The position numbers and the translations under genes are program-made. Below are positions 15,374 to 20,000 of a stretch of 20,000 nucleotides of DNA, one piece after another. The notes beneath the pieces were generated by a model that saw only the letters and a program-made list of their open reading frames with translations, made no database searches and was not told the DNA's origin. Position 1 is the first letter of the stretch. Each line of letters starts with the position of its first letter. Source of the stretch: an uncultured virus (IMG/VR IMGVR_UViG_3300027869_000007) (taxonomy: Duplodnaviria; Heunggongvirae; Uroviricota; Caudoviricetes). Where the stretch lies: IMG/VR virus record IMGVR_UViG_3300027869_000007, one strand, 5' to 3'.

Positions 15374-15430
15374 ATAACAGCCTATAGACTGGCACTATAT
15401 TTGGTGTGATAGAATAGAAGGGAGGTTAAA

Positions 15431-15973
15431 GTGCAAACGCTAGTCTTAGACGTAGGATACCAACCACTTAGTCGAGTTCCTTGGGAAACTGCAATTGTAT
15501 GGGTTTTGGAACGCGTTGTAGAGGTTGTCGAATCTTATCCAGACAGATATATCAATACTGTCAGTTGGCGTGTAAATATGCCTTCTATAGTTCGATTTGT
15601 AAAGCCTATTGTAAAGAAGCGAGCAATCAAGTTTAGTCGACACAGCGTCTACGCACGTGATAAAGGACGATGTCAGTATTGCTCTAAGTTTGTTTCTCGT
15701 AATGAGTTTACATATGATCACGTAATCCCTAGATCACAAGGCGGCATTACATGTTTTGAAAACGTAGTTGTAGCTTGCGTTCCTTGTAATCAAAGAAAAG
15801 CCGGTAGGACACCTGGTCAAGCCGGAATGCGTCTTTTATCTATTCCTGTTAGACCTAAGAAACTTCCAGACGTGCCTTATAGAATTCGTTTTACAAATGA
15901 CATGCCTTCTTCGTGGAAAGAGTGGATCAGATCGGCAGTTTATTGGGATTCTGAATTGGACGACGGAGGGTGA
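15431..15973 (+). CDS. HNH endonuclease (McrA-like HNH family)
   Basis: Motifs LVLDVGYQPL, PSIVRF, FSRHSVYARDKGRCQYC, TYDHVIPRSQGG and NVVVACVPCNQRK; RBS GGAGG. Confidence 0.93.
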   Translation: MQTLVLDVGYQPLSRVPWETAIVWVLERVVEVVESYPDRYINTVSWRVNMPSIVRFVKPIVKKRAIKFSRHSVYARDKGRCQYCSKFVSRNEFTYDHVIPRSQGGITCFENVVVACVPCNQRKAGRTPGQAGMRLLSIPVRPKKLPDVPYRIRFTNDMPSSWKEWIRSAVYWDSELDDGG

Positions 15974-16050
15974 ACCGGGATGGTCTCGGCACTGTCTTGA
16001 AAACAGAGGGTGCTTAACGGCATGGCGTTCGATTCGTCCGCCCTCCTCCA
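15965..16050 (+). tRNA. tRNA-Ser(TGA), overlapping the HNH stop codon
   Basis: GGAGGGT/GCCCTCC acceptor, loop CT-TGA-AA, long variable arm, U73, encoded CCA. Confidence 0.88.
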
Positions 16051-16086
16051 CCTCCCCCGAGCCGCAGCGGTCTCTGCGGCGCTCCT

Positions 16087-16170
16087 GGAAGGTAAACCAC
16101 ACCGGGTGTGGGCTTGTTTCGAAAACAATGCGAGCTAAAGCTTGGAGTTCGACTCTTCTGCCTTCCTCCA
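16087..16170 (+). tRNA. tRNA-Ser(CGA)
   Basis: GGAAGGT/GCCTTCC acceptor, loop TT-CGA-AA, long variable arm, encoded CCA. Confidence 0.88.
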
Positions 16171-16172
16171 AT

Positions 16173-16259
16173 GGAAGATTAACCGGCAAGGTAGCCGGCG
16201 CCGATTGCTAATCGGTAGGAGCCAAAAGGCTTGGGGATCGTGCCCTCAGTCTTCCGCCA
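16173..16259 (+). tRNA. tRNA-Ser(GCT)
   Basis: GGAAGAT/GTCTTCC acceptor, GCCGA-TT-GCT-AA-TCGGT, long variable arm, G73, encoded CCA. Confidence 0.9.
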
Positions 16260-16278
16260 AATTTCGTCGTCGACTAAC

Positions 16279-16352
16279 GCTCTGCGGGCTGGACGCCCAG
16301 CGAAGCCTTCTAAGCTTTGCGTCGATAGGTTCGATTCCTATGCAGAGCACCA
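16279..16352 (+). tRNA. tRNA-Arg(TCT), atypical D arm
   Basis: GCTCTGC/GCAGAGC acceptor, GAAGC-CT-TCT-AA-GCTTT, encoded CCA. Confidence 0.85.
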
Positions 16353-16353
16353 T

Positions 16354-16426
16354 CGACCAATAGCTTAATGGTTTAAAGCACTTGCCTTATAAGCGAGAGA
16401 TGATGGTTCGATCCCATCTTGGTCGA
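16354..16426 (+). tRNA. tRNA-Ile(TAT)
   Basis: CGACCAA/TTGGTCG acceptor, A73, CTTGC-CT-TAT-AA-GCGAG. Confidence 0.87.
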
Positions 16427-16452
16427 CTACTTGATAGGGTAGAGGCACTATA

Positions 16453-16569
16453 ATGTTACTGACCTATAAATATCGTCTTAAAGGTAAGCGTACCATTAGG
16501 CAGCTAAACACACAAAAGCATCTAGATACTGATTTAGACTGGTTTGCAGAAATAGTGTTAGACACTTGA
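16453..16569 (+). pseudogene. tnpB: Second TnpB 5' relic
   Basis: MLLTYKYRLKGKRTIRQL; about 55 nt are nearly identical to 15207-15262. Confidence 0.7.
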
Positions 16570-16594
16570 CCTCTCCCTAAAGCTATGCTATCTT
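16566..16594 (+). promoter_or_regulatory. Sigma70-type promoter with an extended -10
   Basis: TTGACC, a 17-bp spacer, then TGc-TATCTT. Confidence 0.6.
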
Positions 16595-16600
16595 TAGTAT

Positions 16601-16698
16601 CAGGTGACTGACGTCCCTCGTCGGACCTCGACGAAAAATCAAGCCGGTATATCCGGTCTAGCCCCAGGTAGTTAAACTCCCTGGGGTTTTTCTTTTTT
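16601..16698 (+). ncRNA. Candidate small RNA (or 23-codon mini-ORF) between a promoter and a terminator
   Basis: Hairpins TCGTCG/CGACGA and CCGG/CCGG followed by the terminator; GTG 16604 opens a 23-aa ORF. Confidence 0.45.
16660..16698 (+). terminator. Intrinsic terminator
   Basis: GCCCCAGG...CCTGGGGT stem followed by TTTTCTTTTTT. Confidence 0.85.
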
Positions 16699-16708
16699 AC
16701 CTTTTTGG

Positions 16709-16737
16709 TTGACGATAACTAAGTATTTCGCTAGGCT
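16709..16737 (+). promoter_or_regulatory. Sigma70-type promoter for the downstream accessory genes
   Basis: TTGACG, a 17-bp spacer and TAGGCT, followed by a GGAGG RBS. Confidence 0.6.
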
Positions 16738-16760
16738 TGTTGACGTAGGGGGAGGACGTC

Positions 16761-17219
16761 TTGATCGACAATAGCGACAAGCCGATGAGGCACGAAAATT
16801 ATTTGGCAATGGCATCCGAATGTCAAAAACTTACTGCCGAAAATTTAAAATTGAAAGAAAAGTTTAGTCGTAAGCCTTCGATTACTAAGAACGAATTGAC
16901 AGCAATAACAACCGGTATTGGCATCACTACTACTATATTTACTAGCGGTTTTATTACGTATATGAGCGCTGCAAGGGTTGAAAACACAACTCCTATAGAC
17001 GCAAGTGCGTCTGAAGTAAGAACCACTCCTTGTTATTTCGTTCGTCATAAGTTGGACGAAGGTATCGATAAGAATTTAGAGCCATGGGACGACTGGTACA
17101 TTTTTAAGTCCATGTGCGAAGGTTGTGAAAATAGAGTCGTTTATAGTTCTCCCAAATTTAAAACCAAAGACGAAGCCTGGAATTTTGCTAAGAGCTGGCA
17201 TTTAGAGATGTGCAAATGA
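16761..17219 (+). CDS. Hypothetical protein with a coiled coil and one hydrophobic segment
   Basis: Strong RBS GGGGGAGG and TTG start. Confidence 0.7.
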   Translation: MIDNSDKPMRHENYLAMASECQKLTAENLKLKEKFSRKPSITKNELTAITTGIGITTTIFTSGFITYMSAARVENTTPIDASASEVRTTPCYFVRHKLDEGIDKNLEPWDDWYIFKSMCEGCENRVVYSSPKFKTKDEAWNFAKSWHLEMCK

Positions 17220-17232
17220 GGGAGAGACATAA

Positions 17233-17433
17233 GTGCTTCACTTATTGATAATTGGTATCTTTTTGTCTCAGGCGCCAAAATCGTCTCAGGAACCAAAGAT
17301 AGTCTTCTATCACTGCGTCAGCGAAGACGACGAATGCCTTATCGAAGAAGAGCTTGACGAGTACAAGGGATTGGATTGCTATATCGATAACACGATTCCG
17401 GTGCAGGCGTGTTTCGAGAAGAAATCGAAGTAA
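17233..17433 (+). CDS. Small protein with a signal-peptide-like N-terminus and four Cys
   Basis: RBS GGAG; begins MLHLLIIGIFLSQA. Confidence 0.6.
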   Translation: MLHLLIIGIFLSQAPKSSQEPKIVFYHCVSEDDECLIEEELDEYKGLDCYIDNTIPVQACFEKKSK

Positions 17434-17928
17434 ATGCGCGTTTTGTTTCTAGATATGGACGGTGTCGTAAACTCTTCAGACTTTTTTGAAGTGTTTAGCA
17501 AGACGCAGTATCGTAAAGCAAGAGGTATAGCTAAAGCCAAGGGAAGATTAAATAACACGTTTGTCGATATGATAGATCCGAAAGTCGTAACTCTTCTAAA
17601 TCAGATAATCGAAAGTTGCAATTGTAGCGTCGTTAGTAGCTCTTCGTGGAGAACTATTTTTACGCCTAAAGAGATAACTTTGATGCTGAAGGAAAAAGGC
17701 TTTAAAGGAGAGATAATAGACAGGACTCCTGATCTAATGTGTGAACGTGGAGACGAGATTCTAGAGTGGTTGAACAAGCATCCTGAAGTAAAGTCTTTTG
17801 TAATTCTAGATGATGGTGATGACATGGGAAAGCTACTACCTAGGCTAGTCCAGACTACCTTTCAAAAAGGGCTTCAACTTGAGCACGTTAGAAAGGTGTT
17901 TGATCTTTTTGATGGAGATGTTAAGTGA
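17434..17928 (+). CDS. HAD phosphatase, Swiss Army Knife RNA-repair type (HAD_SAK_2-like)
   Basis: Motifs VLFLDMDGVVNS, VVSSSSWR, TPD, RGDEILEWL, FVILDD and VQT...GL. Confidence 0.88.
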   Translation: MRVLFLDMDGVVNSSDFFEVFSKTQYRKARGIAKAKGRLNNTFVDMIDPKVVTLLNQIIESCNCSVVSSSSWRTIFTPKEITLMLKEKGFKGEIIDRTPDLMCERGDEILEWLNKHPEVKSFVILDDGDDMGKLLPRLVQTTFQKGLQLEHVRKVFDLFDGDVK

Positions 17929-18119
17929 AGTGGGAGGATTCCGCCGTCAACTTTGGTTTCGTCTTCAAGAAAGAAGTAGACGTTCTAACGCTAGAGTATC
18001 TAGCGCTTGGATGCGATTTAATGAGAGCGTCTCATATGGCTTGTATGGAAGTTTTAAGTAGCTACGAGGAGCACGACAAGAAGGAAGACGAAAAGAGGAA
18101 GAATAAGGAGAGGAGATAG
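17925..18119 (+). CDS. Hypothetical protein
   Basis: The GTG start overlaps the upstream stop; GGAG lies upstream. Confidence 0.55.
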   Translation: MKWEDSAVNFGFVFKKEVDVLTLEYLALGCDLMRASHMACMEVLSSYEEHDKKEDEKRKNKERR

Positions 18120-18194
18120 CAATGGGCCATGCTTATCGGAATTGTTGAAGGTAAGCGTACCATTAGGCAATCAGGTCATTAGGGGAGAAGCAAA

Positions 18195-18446
18195 GTGAAA
18201 CTTATCACAAGTAACCTCAAAGTCGGCGGCTGGCGTGGCGTCTTTGGCTGGCTGTTATGGCTATTTCTAGGATACGAAAGAAAGCCAAGATGCGCAGCTT
18301 TTTATAGCCACGCTTGGGACAGCAGGTGTGTAGGTCTTGCAGACCCTAGATGTCTGGGTGGAAATTGTACCAAGTGCTGTAACGAACTTTGCAAGGACAG
18401 GTGTAGGCACAGAGGCTGGACGGTTATGAAGGGAGGTGTGTCGTGA
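18195..18446 (+). CDS. Small Cys-rich protein with a hydrophobic segment
   Basis: RBS GGGGAG; eight Cys in the C-terminal half. Confidence 0.6.
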   Translation: MKLITSNLKVGGWRGVFGWLLWLFLGYERKPRCAAFYSHAWDSRCVGLADPRCLGGNCTKCCNELCKDRCRHRGWTVMKGGVS

Positions 18447-18955
18447 CGGACGACGGCAATGAAGATGATCCTATTATCTTACGTTTTGCTATATTTTTTG
18501 CTAAAACGAAGCACGAAGGACAATATTACAGGTACGGTGATCACAACACACCTTATACATTTCATCTAAACGCTGTTGAAAAGGTTCTTAGACGGTTTAA
18601 TGTTATTGATAAACACTTACTAGCAGCCGCTTGGCTTCATGACGTCTTAGAGGATACAGACACCACACGCGACGAATTGGAGTCGTCTTTTGGTTCTATA
18701 GTTTCTTCTCTTGTACGGGCTGTAACAACCGAACCGGGACCTAGTCGTAAGAGTCGTGTAAAAGCGACTTATCCTAAGATTGTATCGTGCCCTTCCGCTA
18801 TTGTTTTGAAGTTAGCTGATAGAATTGCTAACGTAGAGGCTAGTTTAGAAACAAAAAGCAAGAAGTTCTTTGATATGTATAAGAACGAATACGACGAGTT
18901 TAAGAGGGCTCTTTACAGCAAAAACTGTTGCTGTAGAAATGTGGGCACATCTTGA
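18443..18955 (+). CDS. HD-domain small alarmone hydrolase-like protein (RelA/SpoT hydrolase, Mesh1-like)
   Basis: Motifs AKTKHEGQ, PYTFHL, AAWLHDVLEDT, VRAVT and LKLADRIAN; RBS GGAGG. Confidence 0.87.
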   Translation: MTDDGNEDDPIILRFAIFFAKTKHEGQYYRYGDHNTPYTFHLNAVEKVLRRFNVIDKHLLAAAWLHDVLEDTDTTRDELESSFGSIVSSLVRAVTTEPGPSRKSRVKATYPKIVSCPSAIVLKLADRIANVEASLETKSKKFFDMYKNEYDEFKRALYSKNCCCRNVGTS

Positions 18956-19008
18956 TCGCTTATTTGAGACAAAGTCATGATCGAATGGGTTAGCTTTAGG
19001 AGAAAATC

Positions 19009-19110
19009 GTGATCGAACTTGAAGCCTTCGGCTGGGGCATGATCGGCTCAGCAATTTATTTAAGCAGTTTAGTAGTTATAGAGGCTTTAGCAGACTGGTT
19101 GATCAAATGA
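19009..19110 (+). CDS. 33-aa hydrophobic peptide; not in the ORF track
   Basis: AGGAG RBS and GTG start; MIELEAFGWGMIGSAIYLSSLVVIEALADWLIK; the stop overlaps the next ATG (ATGA). Confidence 0.5.
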   Translation: MIELEAFGWGMIGSAIYLSSLVVIEALADWLIK

Positions 19111-19283
19111 ATGAAAAACGTCAAAAAATGATATCTTTTCGTGTTGACGAAGAGGTATTAAGGGCGTTACAAGAAATAGAAGACGACGTAGGAAGCGACG
19201 TAATCTCTAAGCGGAAGCGTTCTGTAGCGATACGACGAGCTATTTTAGAGACAAGAGATAGGCTTCCTAGGACAAAAATATAA
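19107..19283 (+). CDS. Ribbon-helix-helix (CopG/Arc-like) DNA-binding protein; not in the ORF track
   Basis: MNEKRQKMISFRVDEEVLRALQEIE...KRSVAIRRAILE shows an alternating beta strand followed by two helices. Confidence 0.7.
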   Translation: MNEKRQKMISFRVDEEVLRALQEIEDDVGSDVISKRKRSVAIRRAILETRDRLPRTKI

Positions 19284-19295
19284 AGGAGGCCCCCC

Positions 19296-20000
19296 ATGCT
19301 CTACGAAATCAAGCACCGCCACACCGACAAGGTCCTATACTCCGCCGAAGGAGACTCCCTCGCCGAGGTACTAACCAAGGCCGTCCGCGAGGGCGCGGAC
19401 CTGAAGGGCGCGGACCTGAAGGACGCGGACCTGACGGACGCGGACCTGTGGGGCGCGAACCTGGAGGGCGCGAACCTGAAGGACGCGAACCTGTATCGCG
19501 CGGACCTGTGGGGCGCGAACCTGAAGGACGCGGACCTGTACGGCGCGAACCTGACGGGCGCGTACCTGAAGGACGCGAACCTGACGTACGCGTACCTGGC
19601 GGGCGCGAACCTGACGGGCGCGAACCTGAAGGGCGCGAACCTGACGTACGCGGACCTGTACGGCGCGAACCTGAAGGGCACGATCCTGTCTAAGGCGAAT
19701 CTCGACGCTATCCAGGTCGACTATTACGACGTCCTCTCTAGGGCGCCGGACGAGGTCCCGGCGCTCCTCCAGGCGCTTCGCGACGGTAAGATCGACGGTA
19801 GTACGTACGAGGGAGAGTGTGCGTGCTTGGTGGGGACGATTGCCAAGGTGAGGAAGGTTAGTTATACGGACATGGAGACCTTGAAGCCGGATTCGTCGCG
19901 ACTGGCGGAACGGTGGTTCCTGGCTATTAAGAAAGGGGACACGCCGAAGACGAATCCGGTCGCGGCTTTGGTGGAAACGTGGACGGAGGAGTGGGTGAGG
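19296..20000 (+). CDS. Pentapeptide-repeat protein (3' end truncated by the window); not in the ORF track
   Basis: [25 protein letters not shown]..., then A(D/N/Y)LxX repeats and a C-terminal [20 protein letters not shown] domain. Confidence 0.92.
   Translation, partial: MLYEIKHRHTDKVLYSAEGDSLAEVLTKAVREGADLKGADLKDADLTDADLWGANLEGANLKDANLYRADLWGANLKDADLYGANLTGAYLKDANLTYAYLAGANLTGANLKGANLTYADLYGANLKGTILSKANLDAIQVDYYDVLSRAPDEVPALLQALRDGKIDGSTYEGECACLVGTIAKVRKVSYTDMETLKPDSSRLAERWFLAIKKGDTPKTNPVAALVETWTEEWVR
19395..19679 (+). repeat. 19 copies of a 15-bp coding tandem repeat
   Basis: Unit GCG(G/A/T)ACCTG-NNN-NNC, spanning 285 bp. Confidence 0.95.

Noticed and set aside
13557..16363. Many short ORFs on both strands across the tRNA array (e.g. 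13557-13745, 13770-14030, 14552-14974, 15836-16189)
   Set aside because: They are shadows of tRNA genes and lack RBSs or protein motifs.
16608..16637. Hammerhead-like CTGACG...GAAA
   Set aside because: The core is CUGACGU rather than CUGANGA, and stems I and III are missing.
19395..19679. Possible CRISPR array or diversity-generating retroelement
   Set aside because: The unit is a 15-bp in-frame coding repeat without spacers, and no cas gene, reverse transcriptase or template repeat is present in the window.
19301..19693. Repetitive ORFs RFAP... (-) and GREP... (+)
   Set aside because: They are alternative frames of the pentapeptide repeat; the real gene starts at 19296.

Overview
This looks like a segment of a bacteriophage or prophage genome, with essentially all genes on the + strand. 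Positions 1-12.9 kb hold a replication and nucleotide-metabolism module: an SF2 helicase, RtcB RNA ligase, an SSB-like protein, a RecD/Dda-like helicase, a family A DNA polymerase with Cys-rich insertions, two all-alpha NTP pyrophosphatases and a RuvC-like resolvase. Positions 12.9-16.4 kb hold an array of 22 tRNA genes covering 16 amino acids, interrupted by a hypothetical ORF, a TnpB relic and an HNH endonuclease. Positions 16.4-20 kb hold accessory genes: an RNA-repair HAD phosphatase, a small alarmone hydrolase-like HD protein, a ribbon-helix-helix protein and a pentapeptide-repeat protein. The most striking unannotated signal is the control region of the tRNA array. A sigma70 promoter drives a probably leaderless 37-38 codon leader ORF whose 3' end overlaps mutually exclusive antiterminator and terminator hairpins, a candidate ribosome-stalling attenuator that would switch the phage tRNAs on when host translation fails. 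Other notable signals are an rrn-like boxA with a 15-bp long-range inverted repeat bracketing most of the array, a tRNA-Glu duplicate remodelled into tRNA-Val, and a ~220-nt closed, pseudoknot-rich candidate ncRNA directly upstream of rtcB. All calls come from reading the sequence by eye; no searches or folding programs were run.
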